A stretch of 64,000 bases of DNA from Fimbriimonadaceae bacterium (GTDB lineage Bacteria; Armatimonadota; Fimbriimonadia; Fimbriimonadales; Fimbriimonadaceae), in assembly GCA_046292875.1 (NCBI GenBank), contig JBKBQD010000008.1, forward strand, positions 17,567 through 81,566, written 5' to 3'. Within the stretch, counting starts at the first letter, position 1. Every line of letters begins with the position of its first letter. The translations under genes were made by a program, and so were the position numbers. Shown piece after piece: positions 11,491 to 22,832 of this stretch. The notes under the pieces were generated by a model. That model was not told the DNA's origin. It worked only from the letters and a program-made list of their open reading frames with translations, and did no database searches.

Positions 11491-12497
11491 ACCACGCGAA
11501 TCGCCGGGCCGTCGCTTGACCACGGCCCGACGACGCGGCCGATGCAGACCGCACCCGGAACGGGCTCAGCGCTGAAGAGCGCGAGTCCGCCACTGGTTTG
11601 CGGGTCGACCGCCAGAACTCGGCGCCAGTCGGGCACATCTTGGGCGAATATCAGGTGCTCGCCAAGGTATTCGCGGTTTCTGCCGGCCCCGCCAGCGACC
11701 GCGTCGAGCGCAATGAGCCGCTCGACTCCTGGCAGCACGGGCCACGCCGCCGAATCGAGCACCAGGCTCACGCCTGAGCCACGTGCAACATTGAAGAGGT
11801 GTCCCGCAAGACCAAATCCCGTCACATCGGTGGCGCACCGGACGCCGGCTGCCAATCCAGCTTCGCATGCCTCGCGGTTCAGTTGGCTCATCACCGCGAT
11901 CGCCCCCTCCAATTCCGCGTCGGTGGCCAGGCCAAACTTGGCTCCCGTCGTGATCACGCCCGTGCCCAAGGGTTTGGTGAGCCAAATGCGATCTTCGGAA
12001 CGAGCCGCAGTGTTGACGAAAGCCCGATCCGGGTCCACGAGGCCCGTGACCGCGACCCCAAACTTGGGCTGTGGGTCCTCGACGCTGTGCCCACCGAGCA
12101 CCACCGCGCCGGCTTCCGCCGTCTTGTCGCGGGCGCCGAGGAGAATCGCGGCCCAGACCTCAGGCGGCGCCGCCTCGGGATCGAAACAGGCGATGTTCAG
12201 CGCCGTTAGCGGTCGACCTCCCATGGCGTAGACGTCGCTGATCGCGTTGGCCGCTGCAATGGCCCCAAAGGCATAAGGGTCGTCCACGATCGGTGGAAAA
12301 AAGTCCACGGTTTGGACGAGCACCTCTCCCGACGGAAGGCGGTATAGCCCTGCGTCGTCGGAGGTCTCAAACCCGACGAGAACGTTCGGGTCCACCTCGG
12401 CGGGGAGGCGCGACAGCACTTCGCGCAATTGGCCGGGGCGGAGCTTTGCCGCGCACCCCGCACAGGCCACCATTTGCGTCAAGCGCACTTCAGCCAT
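11487..12497 (-). CDS. selD: selenide, water dikinase (selenophosphate synthetase), Cys-type
   Basis: 336 aa. The N-terminal LTQMVACAGCAAKL aligns with the SelD GCGCK active-site loop, with Cys and Lys retained and no in-frame TGA. The rest has an AIR-synthase-like fold signature. The ATG overlaps the upstream stop (TGATG). Confidence 0.8.
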   Translation of the reverse strand: MAEVRLTQMVACAGCAAKLRPGQLREVLSRLPAEVDPNVLVGFETSDDAGLYRLPSGEVLVQTVDFFPPIVDDPYAFGAIAAANAISDVYAMGGRPLTALNIACFDPEAAPPEVWAAILLGARDKTAEAGAVVLGGHSVEDPQPKFGVAVTGLVDPDRAFVNTAARSEDRIWLTKPLGTGVITTGAKFGLATDAELEGAIAVMSQLNREACEAGLAAGVRCATDVTGFGLAGHLFNVARGSGVSLVLDSAAWPVLPGVERLIALDAVAGGAGRNREYLGEHLIFAQDVPDWRRVLAVDPQTSGGLALFSAEPVPGAVCIGRVVGPWSSDGPAIRVV

Positions 12498-13654
12498 CAG
12501 GTCGTGAGCCAGCTCTTCCAGTAGTCTGGGTCCTCAATGGCCAGGGACTCCTGCGTCATCTTCAGCGGATGGAAGGTGTCCAGCATGACGGCAAGCTCCT
12601 CCGTCTGTTTCGCCCCGATACTGCGCTCGACAGCGCCCGGCTGCGGCCCGTGGGGGATTCCCAGCGGATGCAGCGTGATGGACCCCTCCTCGATGCCGCG
12701 CCGCGACCCGAACTTGTCATTGCAGTAGTACAGGACCTCGTCCGAATCGACGTTCGAGTGGTTGTAGGGAATGACGATCGCGTCGGGATGGAAGTCCAGC
12801 ATGCGGGGGCAGAACGAGCAGATCACGAAGTTGTGCCCTTGGAAGGTTTGATGGATCGGTGGCGGCATGTGGAGCTTGCCGACGATTGGCTGAAAGTCGT
12901 TGATGTTGAAAGCATAGGGGAAGACGTAACCGTCCCAGCCCACGATGTCGAAGGGATGGTAGGGATACGTATAGGTGGTGTGGCGGTTCCTTGCCCGGAT
13001 CACGACCTTGTAGGCGCCGCGCTCATTGAACGTGACAAGTTCGCTGGGCGGCCGAAAGTCACGCTCTTTGAATGGCGCGTGTTCCAGCAGCTGCCCGTAC
13101 TCGTTGCGATAGCGCCGCGGCACCTCCACTGGACCGAAGCTCAGAATAACCAAGACTCGGACGGGAAGCGCATCAAATCGTATGCGCCAGATGGTCCCGC
13201 GCGGGATCACAAGATAGTCCCCTTCGCGAAACGGAATCGAGCCAAACATCGACTCCAGCACCCCGCTCCCGTCGTGGACGAAGAGCACTTCGTCGCCGTC
13301 AGCATTTTTGTAGAAGTGCGGCATTTGGTCGGCGACATGGGCAAACACCATGTGCGTGTCGCTGTTCCCCATGAGGGTAATGCGTCCGGTGATGAGGTCG
13401 CCCCGAGGCGGAATCTGCGCGGTCTTCAGGTGGCGATGCCGCAGGGGCTCGTCCTCAAGAAAGGTCGGCGCGACGCTGGGCCCGGCCTCCCATGCCGAAA
13501 CTTCGGTCGGCATGTGGATGTGGTACATCGTCGACATGGGGCCGCTGAAACCCCGCGTGCTGAACAATTGCTCCGTGTAGAGCCCACCATCGGGCTTGCG
13601 GAACTGGATATGGTGCTTGTGGGGCAGATCCCCCAATCGGACGTATCGCGGCAT
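12497..13654 (-). CDS. hmgA: homogentisate 1,2-dioxygenase-like cupin dioxygenase
   Basis: 385 aa. The motifs YTEQLFSTRGFSGPMSTMYH and HPLGIPHGPQPG are typical of the HgmA family. Confidence 0.7.
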   Translation of the reverse strand: MPRYVRLGDLPHKHHIQFRKPDGGLYTEQLFSTRGFSGPMSTMYHIHMPTEVSAWEAGPSVAPTFLEDEPLRHRHLKTAQIPPRGDLITGRITLMGNSDTHMVFAHVADQMPHFYKNADGDEVLFVHDGSGVLESMFGSIPFREGDYLVIPRGTIWRIRFDALPVRVLVILSFGPVEVPRRYRNEYGQLLEHAPFKERDFRPPSELVTFNERGAYKVVIRARNRHTTYTYPYHPFDIVGWDGYVFPYAFNINDFQPIVGKLHMPPPIHQTFQGHNFVICSFCPRMLDFHPDAIVIPYNHSNVDSDEVLYYCNDKFGSRRGIEEGSITLHPLGIPHGPQPGAVERSIGAKQTEELAVMLDTFHPLKMTQESLAIEDPDYWKSWLTT

Positions 13655-13683
13655 TTGTCCCCAATTCTACTGGGGTCGCGATT

Positions 13684-14082
13684 CTAATGGGCGAAGAGCG
13701 CCGTGAAGACTTCGGCGTCGAAGGGCTTCGTGAGGTAATGATTCGCGCCTGCCTCAAGGGCCTGGCGCACATCCGCTTCCTCGGTGGCCGTGGTCAGCAC
13801 CACAATCGTGCATGCCTCGGAATCCGCCCGCTCGCGAACGCGCCGAATGACGTCGAAACCATCTTGGAAAGGGAGGACCAAATCGACGATCAGGATGTCG
13901 GGCGGACAGGCTTCTGCTTTGGCGATCGCGTCCTCGCCATTGTCAGAGGTCTCCACGTCATATCCCAAACGCTGGAGATTGACCTCGACCAGGCGCAGAA
14001 TGTGCGGCTCATCGTCACAAACAAGGACTCGGCGGCCCTTGCCCGGGGACTCGGCGGTGGGTGCGATCATCGGGGGTTCCAT
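13684..14082 (-). CDS. single-domain response regulator (CheY-like receiver)
   Basis: 132 aa with VLVCDDEP, ILIVDLVLP (phospho-acceptor Asp) and YLTKPF. Confidence 0.85.
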   Translation of the reverse strand: MEPPMIAPTAESPGKGRRVLVCDDEPHILRLVEVNLQRLGYDVETSDNGEDAIAKAEACPPDILIVDLVLPFQDGFDVIRRVRERADSEACTIVVLTTATEEADVRQALEAGANHYLTKPFDAEVFTALFAH

Positions 14083-14221
14083 GGGCGAGCGACGGTGCTT
14101 GCTGATGTAGCTATGATACGCACGGTGGCCGTGTCGGTTGGGTCAACGCCTCGAAATTGGGACTTAAATACTATAGGGCTGGACAGATCGCTCCGCCCAG
14201 CCCATCAACCCCCGCGTTCGC

Positions 14222-14587
14222 TTAGCTGAGGTAGATCTTCGAGAGCACGACTTGAACAGCGCCAACGCGATGTCCGGCGTCCTGCAGTTCCGTGCGAGCC
14301 TTGCCAGCCGAGCCCTCGCAGCCGAAGAAGCGATAGCCCTCTCCAACAACCCAGACCTTGAACTTGGCCAGTTCGCCCTTAGCGTTGCAGCAGCCCGGAT
14401 CGCCCTTGGCAAGCGGCTTCTCTTCGGTGCTCTTGCAACATGCAGGAGCGCCGTTGACGGTCTTGTCGTCCTTCTTGTCCTGTGCGTCGCAGCAGGCAGC
14501 GGGCGGGGCCTTCTCTTCGGCTTTCTGTTGAGCGCCGGCAACAGCAACGCCGGCCATGAGTACGAGTGCAAAAATCCACTTGGTCAT
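14222..14587 (-). CDS. small secreted Cys-pair-rich protein, unknown function
   Basis: The ATG at 14587 follows AAGGTG. It has a signal peptide (WIFALVLMAGVAVAGA) and three CC doublets (ACCDA, ACCKS, GCCNA). Confidence 0.5.
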   Translation of the reverse strand: MTKWIFALVLMAGVAVAGAQQKAEEKAPPAACCDAQDKKDDKTVNGAPACCKSTEEKPLAKGDPGCCNAKGELAKFKVWVVGEGYRFFGCEGSAGKARTELQDAGHRVGAVQVVLSKIYLS

Positions 14588-14679
14588 CAAGTTCACCTTG
14601 AACCCAGATTGTACCGTTGTAACCTCGTCCGAGCAAGTCCAGTGGGCCTGAAATGCTACAATTTCGGCTGCCCAATCGT

Positions 14680-14755
14680 GGGGGTATAGCTCAGTTGGGA
14701 GAGCATCTGCTTTGCAAGCAGAGGGTCAGGGGTTCGAGTCCCCTTACCTCCACCA
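14680..14755 (+). tRNA. tRNA-Ala (anticodon TGC), CCA encoded
   Basis: The cloverleaf was folded by hand. The acceptor is GGGGGTA/TACCTCC with the G3:U70 Ala identity pair, the anticodon loop is CTTGCAA and the T-loop is GGTTCGAGTCC. Confidence 0.95.
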
Positions 14756-15090
14756 GTTCAGTCCAGGGGCATTCTCCTGTCTCATTCTTGGGGCCCTGAA
14801 GAGGCATCGCCCGATTTTTCGCTCCGGCATCCTTCACGCGAAGACGTACTTCCGTTGAAGGCCTGGAACCGGGAGATGCCTGTCATCTCCTTCGGCGAAT
14901 CTAAGGCTGAAGGCGTTCCCGATGGCTCATGGCGCTGACACGGCCATCAAAACGCGCAGAGTCGCGGAAACGCCTTGGGAGTACGCCGCACCGGTCTTTG
15001 CGTATTGCAAATAGCCTTACGCAGAGGGCCGCAAGTCCCGGGCGACCACCCCACCCGACGTTTGAGACAGAGGAATATCATAAAGGACCC

Positions 15091-15855
15091 ATGTGGATCG
15101 CTCTTCTCGCGGGGCTCGCCCTCAACCAGCCAGGCAAACTATTTCTCGTTGGCGGTGGCACGACGCCGCGCGTCGTCGCCCAGCGGTTCATCGAGGAGTG
15201 CGGCGGCCCGGACGCGCTCATCCTCGTGCTGCCCCTGACCAGCCAAGAGCCGGAGACCAGCACCGGGTCGGCCGATTTCCTCCGCGAAGAAGGCGCGCGA
15301 AACGTCATCTCGTTCCAGTATTCCGCTCCGACCCATGCCCAAAAGTCAGAACTGGCGTCCCAGCTCACCCGTGTCAAAGGCATTTGGGTACCCGGCGGTG
15401 TCCAAAGTCGGCTGATCGACCGACTCGGCAAGGGTTGGGTGGACGCCCACCTTAAGCCTGCCATCGAACATGGCGCCCATTACTACGGCACCAGCGCGGG
15501 CGCCATGCTCGCGAGCGACCCCATGATCGTGGGCCCTGGCGAAGCACCGGATACCGCTGAAATCGGCCCGGGCATCGGTCTGACGAAGTGGCTGATCGAC
15601 ACCCATTTCGGCGATCGCGGACGCGAGGCCCGACTGCGCCACGCGATGTCACAGGCCAAGAACGCCTATGGGTTGGGACTCAATGAAGGGGGTTGGGTCG
15701 TGGTTCGCGGCGATGTGATCCTTGAATCCCATGGCGGGGTGACCGTCATCGAGCCAGCCGATCCGTCCCGAAGAGCGCCTGAGCCGCCCGAGGGTGATCG
15801 AACATCATCTGGTGATCGTGGGCCACGGCTCGGGCTTCAACGACCCGCCAGTTGA
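15091..15855 (+). CDS. peptidase S51 / cyanophycinase-like protein
   Basis: Start chosen at MWIALLAGLAL (signal-like). It has LVGGG, IWVPGG and the nucleophile motif YGTSAGAM. The 3' end overlaps the convergent gene by about 110 nt. Confidence 0.65.
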   Translation: MWIALLAGLALNQPGKLFLVGGGTTPRVVAQRFIEECGGPDALILVLPLTSQEPETSTGSADFLREEGARNVISFQYSAPTHAQKSELASQLTRVKGIWVPGGVQSRLIDRLGKGWVDAHLKPAIEHGAHYYGTSAGAMLASDPMIVGPGEAPDTAEIGPGIGLTKWLIDTHFGDRGREARLRHAMSQAKNAYGLGLNEGGWVVVRGDVILESHGGVTVIEPADPSRRAPEPPEGDRTSSGDRGPRLGLQRPAS

Positions 15856-16612
15856 ACGGCCATCCTCGGGCTTCCGCCAGTTCCTTGGCGACCTTGAACA
15901 CGGCGAGATTGCGTTGGTACCGCCCTTCGCCCTGCTTCATGGCCTCCGGACTCTCGTCAAAGTACTGATCCGGCACCGAGTCCAGCGTGCCGACATAGAG
16001 CGTCAGCGGCTGCGCCAGATAGTTGCGGATCACGTCGTCGCTGCTCAATTCTGCGGGCAGGTTTCCAAATCCATAACCGAACGGCATGTCGCGGGTCGGA
16101 AACAGCGCGGAACCCGCGTTGGCGGCCACGATCCGTTCGGCGTCGGTGCCATAGAACCCCGCCAACCGGACCAGGAACTGGCCTCCCGCCGAGTGACCGA
16201 TCAGCCAGTAGGGCATCTTGGGCTTCCCTTCCCGATCGCGAATCTGCCGAGCAATCTCAGGGATAAACGCATAAGTCCACTCGTCCCGGGGTGCGGCCGA
16301 ACCGTCGCGCCGCGTAATGCCGCCGCGCTGGTAACGGATGCTGGGGAATCGCTCGGCGTCGAATAGCGGAGCGACGATCAGGGCGCCGAACCGCTCGCCC
16401 ATTTTTTGCGCGTTGGTGCGGTACTCCTCGGCGTTGCGCAGCGTGCCGTGCAATACCATGATCATTCGCTCGCCCCGGTAATTCGCGGGCTTGTAAGTGA
16501 AGACTTCGAGCGGGGTGCTCTTCACGTTCAGCGTGACCTTCGCCTGCCCAACGGGCAGGGCCTCCATCCCGAGGGCAAGACCGGCTATCAAGGCGGCAAG
16601 CATGGCATTCAT
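15746..16612 (-). CDS. alpha/beta hydrolase (esterase/depolymerase-like)
   Basis: It has a signal-like N-terminus (MNAMLAALIAGLALG) and the nucleophile elbow GHSAGG. The start is uncertain (16612 or 16660). Confidence 0.6.
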   Translation of the reverse strand: MNAMLAALIAGLALGMEALPVGQAKVTLNVKSTPLEVFTYKPANYRGERMIMVLHGTLRNAEEYRTNAQKMGERFGALIVAPLFDAERFPSIRYQRGGITRRDGSAAPRDEWTYAFIPEIARQIRDREGKPKMPYWLIGHSAGGQFLVRLAGFYGTDAERIVAANAGSALFPTRDMPFGYGFGNLPAELSSDDVIRNYLAQPLTLYVGTLDSVPDQYFDESPEAMKQGEGRYQRNLAVFKVAKELAEARGWPFNWRVVEARAVAHDHQMMFDHPRAAQALFGTDRLAR

Positions 16613-16658
16613 TGTAGTCGTTGACGCCTCGGCCCGCGGACACCTCGTAGTACGCTTC

Positions 16659-17117
16659 ATGGTGATCTCGGCTCTCGTCGCTCTTTCGTCGCCGTTCGTC
16701 GTCTTCGAGTCGGAACGCTATTCGTTTGAGGTGCCGCGTGGCTGGGCCGTTGGCCGAGAGACCCCATGGGGCGCCCGCGACGTTATTCCCGAGCGCGGCG
16801 CGGGAAAACTGGGGGCCATGACCGCCGGTCCAACTCGGGCAAGCTGGGATGACTTGTACCGTACCAGCCTTTACTTCATTAAGCGGGAAGCGGACGGAAA
16901 GGAAACCCCCTACCGTGTGGGCAAGACCAAAGGCGGGTACGAAAGCATCTCTTTCGAGATCATCAATAACCAAGGCTGGGCCGATCGGCGTTATACGCTG
17001 ATCCGGAACAAGCGCGGCTACGCGCTGGCATTGAGCGTGAAGATCCCTTCGCGCGAAGCGGAAGCAGACTACGTGCGATGGTTTAGCCACATGGTGAATA
17101 CCGCCCGGCTTAAATAA
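16659..17117 (+). CDS. hypothetical protein
   Basis: The ORF has coding-like third-position G+C and a hydrophobic N-terminus (MVISALVALSSPFVV). I recognise no family. Confidence 0.4.
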   Translation: MVISALVALSSPFVVFESERYSFEVPRGWAVGRETPWGARDVIPERGAGKLGAMTAGPTRASWDDLYRTSLYFIKREADGKETPYRVGKTKGGYESISFEIINNQGWADRRYTLIRNKRGYALALSVKIPSREAEADYVRWFSHMVNTARLK

Positions 17118-18531
17118 CTTTCGCCAGGCAGTCGACCGCGAACTTCCCGCTCAGGGTGACCATCGGGAGTCCCGCTCCGGGCTGGACGGAGCCGCCACAA
17201 AAGGCGCGTCGAGGATGCTGGGGGTCCCAGTTCGCCAGCGGGAAAAGCCCAAAGGCGCGCTGCCTCTGAATGGGACCATAGAGCGAGCCGCGATAGTTAC
17301 CGTGCTGCGCCTGGAAGTAAGGGGGATCTTGCACGCGCTCGAACACAACGTCTTTGTCCGACCAGTGAAGACCGTGAACTTCGAGCCGTTGCTTGACGTA
17401 GGCGCGATACTCAGCGCGCTTGCTGGCCCAGTCGATCTCTGGACCTTCGGCTGGCACGGTGACGACGGCGAAAAGGTTCGTGCAGCCAGGCGGCGCGGCT
17501 TTCGAGTCGAGTTTTTGGGTGGCGTTGACGTAGACGATCGGCGGGTTGGGAAACCGGTTCGAGTACAGAGCGTCAAAGCCATCCTGAAATCGGCGGGGCA
17601 CCAAAAGGTTATGGTGATCCAGGTTTCCGACCTCGCCTCTCACGCCGTAGTGCAGCGTAAAGTAGCTCATGCTCGGTGTTGGTTCGTTTTGCTTTAGGGC
17701 GGTGAGCTTATCGATGTTGCAGATCACGCCATCTGCGACAAGGCGCTCACCGGATTCCAGCCGGATCTCCCGATCCGAAACGAACGAGTCAAAGCGCGTA
17801 TGGAATCGAAACTTCACGCCAAGCTCGCACGCTAATCGATAAAAAGCTTGAGGAATCTGTCGCACTCCTCCGTTGGGGAATGAGACACCCCGACGCAACA
17901 TATAGTAGGGAATCAAGAGAGCCCCGGGCGCCGCATCGTCATAGGTTTGCCCGCTGTAACTTGGAAACCCATAGAAGAAGGCGCGCAGCAACGGCGACTG
18001 GAACCAGCCATCAATCATCTTGCGATAGCTGAGAAAGGGATTGAATTGAAGGCCAAATCGCATCAAGCCCGGTCGCGCGAAGTCGCGAACAGTCAGGATG
18101 GGCCGGCGAAAAACGGCGTCTTCGACCCCCTCGGCGACGCGGTCCAACCGCTCCATCATCGATCGAAATGCAGGAACGTCACTCGGGGCAAGGTCATTCA
18201 GCAGGCGAACACAATCATCGGCATTCGACGGAAGATCGATCGTCGCACCGCCTTCGATCATGACGCGCGACAGCGTGTCGAGCCGATGAAAGGTCAGGTA
18301 GTCGCTGGGGCGCCGCCCCGCATCGCGAAAGACTTGATCATAGATCTCCGTGAGAATGATGATGGAAGGCCCCGGGTCCAACCAGAAGCCCTCGGTCTCG
18401 ATACCGGCCGCCTTGCCGCCTGGCCGATCGTGCTGCTCGATGACCAGGACATCCCAGCCGCGAAGGCGGGCATAGATCGCGGCGCTCAGTCCGCCCATAC
18501 CAGCGCCAATTACCGTTACACTTTTGGCCAA
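17110..18531 (-). CDS. phytoene-desaturase-family FAD-dependent oxidoreductase (CrtI/CrtD-like)
   Basis: 473 aa with the N-terminal dinucleotide fold VTVIGAGMGGLSAA...GGK and the C-terminal GGSVQPGAGLPMV typical of the CrtI family. Confidence 0.75.
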   Translation of the reverse strand: MAKSVTVIGAGMGGLSAAIYARLRGWDVLVIEQHDRPGGKAAGIETEGFWLDPGPSIIILTEIYDQVFRDAGRRPSDYLTFHRLDTLSRVMIEGGATIDLPSNADDCVRLLNDLAPSDVPAFRSMMERLDRVAEGVEDAVFRRPILTVRDFARPGLMRFGLQFNPFLSYRKMIDGWFQSPLLRAFFYGFPSYSGQTYDDAAPGALLIPYYMLRRGVSFPNGGVRQIPQAFYRLACELGVKFRFHTRFDSFVSDREIRLESGERLVADGVICNIDKLTALKQNEPTPSMSYFTLHYGVRGEVGNLDHHNLLVPRRFQDGFDALYSNRFPNPPIVYVNATQKLDSKAAPPGCTNLFAVVTVPAEGPEIDWASKRAEYRAYVKQRLEVHGLHWSDKDVVFERVQDPPYFQAQHGNYRGSLYGPIQRQRAFGLFPLANWDPQHPRRAFCGGSVQPGAGLPMVTLSGKFAVDCLAKVI

Positions 18532-18656
18532 TGTCTGGGCCTACGATGCCGCCCGGCCGCACGTTCCACATCATGCGAATGACGATGGCTCACCTCGGTA
18601 TCCCACCGGAGTCCGACCTGCCAGCGGGCGCCGCCGGGCTGATTTGAGCCTGAGTT

Positions 18657-18732
18657 TGGAGCCGACGACCGGATTCGAACCGGTGACCTGCTGTTTACGA
18701 AACAGCTGCTCTACCGCTGAGCTACGTCGGCT
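18657..18732 (-). tRNA. tRNA-Thr (anticodon CGT), CCA encoded
   Basis: The reverse complement folds as AGCCGAC..GTAGCTCAGCGGTAGAGC..GCTGT-TTCGTAA-ACAGC..ACCGGTTCGAATCCGGT..CGTCGGCTCCA. Confidence 0.9.
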
Positions 18733-18734
18733 CG

Positions 18735-18809
18735 TGGAGCCCCCGACGAGAATTGAACTCGTGACCTTTCCCTTACCAAGGGAATGCTCTACCTCTGAGC
18801 TACGAGGGC
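18735..18809 (-). tRNA. tRNA-Thr (anticodon GGT), CCA encoded
   Basis: The reverse complement is GCCCTCGTAGCTCAGAGGTAGAGCA-TTCCC-TTGGTAA-GGGAA..ACGAGTTCAATTCTCGT-CGGGGGCTCCA. It lies 2 nt from the neighbouring tRNA-Thr. Confidence 0.9.
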
Positions 18810-18878
18810 GGGCCGGTCGCAAAGGATACCCGCCAGAGCGCGTTTTTCGGCGTGGACATGCTACACTTATCGTCGCCT

Positions 18879-18964
18879 GCGCGGGTGGTGAAATTGGTAG
18901 ACACGCTACCTTGAGGTGGTAGTGCCCACAAGGCGTGAAGGTTCGAGTCCTTTCCCGCGCACCA
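18879..18964 (+). tRNA. tRNA-Leu (anticodon GAG), long variable arm, CCA encoded
   Basis: GCGCGGG..GTGAAATTGGTAGACAC..CTACC-TTGAGGT-GGTAG, variable arm TGCCCACAAGGCG, T-arm GAAGGTTCGAGTCCTTT, then CCCGCGCACCA. Confidence 0.9.
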
Positions 18965-18972
18965 GGCCTCCC

Positions 18973-21633
<2,661 letters not shown>

Positions 21634-21781
21634 CGGTGCATAGCCTCCGTGCCGCAGCCTCGCCGGGCCGAGCGCAGATGGTTTTCAGAACCGCAGGGGC
21701 GAGGAGCGTTCTCGGCTGGCAGTGTACCTTTGCTACATGGGGTCTGCGAAATGCGATCAGAGAACGGGCAAAATAGGCGAT

Positions 21782-22831
21782 ATGAGCGGACCCAGCACGG
21801 TCATGACCGGCCACGGCTTCTACAACCAACATAGCCTGGAGCAAGCACTGGCAGCCGAGGCGGCCATCGGCATGGTCCAGCGCGCCTCCGAAGTGATTCC
21901 TTTGGACGGAACCGCGGTGTGCTGCGCCGACTTTGGGTGTGCGCAGGGACACAACTCCATGCACCCGCTCCGCGTCCTGATCGAGGGCGTTCGCCGACGG
22001 GCGTCAGAGGTGCCGATCATGGTCGTTCATACCGACTTGCCGGGCAACGATTTCACAACGCTGTTCCGGACGCTCGATGATCCGACGCAAAGCTATCTGT
22101 TCGGCCGAAAGAACGTCTATGGGTTTGCCGAAGGCAAAGGGTTCTACGGCAACGTGTTCCCCGATCACTTGGTGGCGTTTGGCTGGTGCTCCATTGCGAC
22201 CCACTGGCTGAGCCAAGTCCCCACCGGCTTGCGGGATCAAATCTTCAGCCCATTGGCCAGTCCCGAAGAAAAAGCCCGATGGCGCGACCAGGCCAACCAA
22301 GACTGGAGCGACTTCCTGACCAACCGTGCCCGGGAGATGAAGCCAGGCGGCGAGATCGTGCTGGTGAACCGGATTGCCGACGACGAGGGTATCACCGGCG
22401 CCGAGGGCATCATGTCGTTGGCCAACGACGTGATCCGGACGCTCGTCGATAAGGGCACGATCACCGCCGAGCAGCACGCCAAGATGGCCCTCCCAACCTT
22501 TTATCGCACCGAGTGCGAATACCTGGACCCCATCCAAACGGGCGAGTTTGCGGACCGCTTTGAAGTCATCGAGCACGAGGTGGACGTCTTGCCGGACGCC
22601 TATTACGCCGAAACGGCCGCAAAAGGCGACAGCATCGGTTATGGACTGGCAGCCGCGGGCTTCTTCCGTGGATTCAGCGAGGCGCCCCTGTTTGGATCGC
22701 TGGGCCAGGGCGGCAAGCCGATCGCGGACGGATTCTATGCCCGGCTCGCGGCCCTGATCGCCCGTCACCCGGACCAAGCCAAAACGTCGTGGCGCATCAT
22801 GGCGATGCGAATCCGCCGCAAGGATCTTTGA
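21782..22831 (+). CDS. SABATH-like SAM-dependent carboxyl methyltransferase (Methyltransf_7-like)
   Basis: ADFGCAQGHNS, TDLPGNDFTTLF, GKGFYGNVFP and IATHWLSQVP parallel the plant SABATH motifs ADLGCSSGPN / NDLPGNDFN / GSFYGRLFP / SLHWLSQVP. The start is uncertain (21782 or 21803). Confidence 0.65.
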   Translation: MSGPSTVMTGHGFYNQHSLEQALAAEAAIGMVQRASEVIPLDGTAVCCADFGCAQGHNSMHPLRVLIEGVRRRASEVPIMVVHTDLPGNDFTTLFRTLDDPTQSYLFGRKNVYGFAEGKGFYGNVFPDHLVAFGWCSIATHWLSQVPTGLRDQIFSPLASPEEKARWRDQANQDWSDFLTNRAREMKPGGEIVLVNRIADDEGITGAEGIMSLANDVIRTLVDKGTITAEQHAKMALPTFYRTECEYLDPIQTGEFADRFEVIEHEVDVLPDAYYAETAAKGDSIGYGLAAAGFFRGFSEAPLFGSLGQGGKPIADGFYARLAALIARHPDQAKTSWRIMAMRIRRKDL

Positions 22832-22832
22832 G

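Noticed and set aside
10486-11523. 345-aa minus-strand ORF opposite the putative OMP gene and the speE 5' end
   Set aside because: It overlaps the speE start and the plus-strand ORF, and its composition is Arg/Ala-rich shadow-like. The plus-strand ORF has a signal peptide and a C-terminal aromatic residue.
14929-15090. 54-codon N-terminal extension of the S51 peptidase ORF
   Set aside because: It is Arg/Ser/Pro-rich and lies upstream of a good signal-peptide-like start at 15091. It is probably untranslated leader.
15746-15855. 110-nt convergent overlap of the S51 peptidase and esterase genes, considered as a sign of a frameshift or fusion
   Set aside because: Both ORFs read through cleanly to their own stops. 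The peptidase tail may be a non-conserved extension. Nothing in the sequence itself shows an error.
18524-18922. 132-aa plus-strand ORF and 83-aa minus-strand ORF (18571-18822) over the tRNA cluster
   Set aside because: They run through three hand-folded tRNA genes, so they are not coding.
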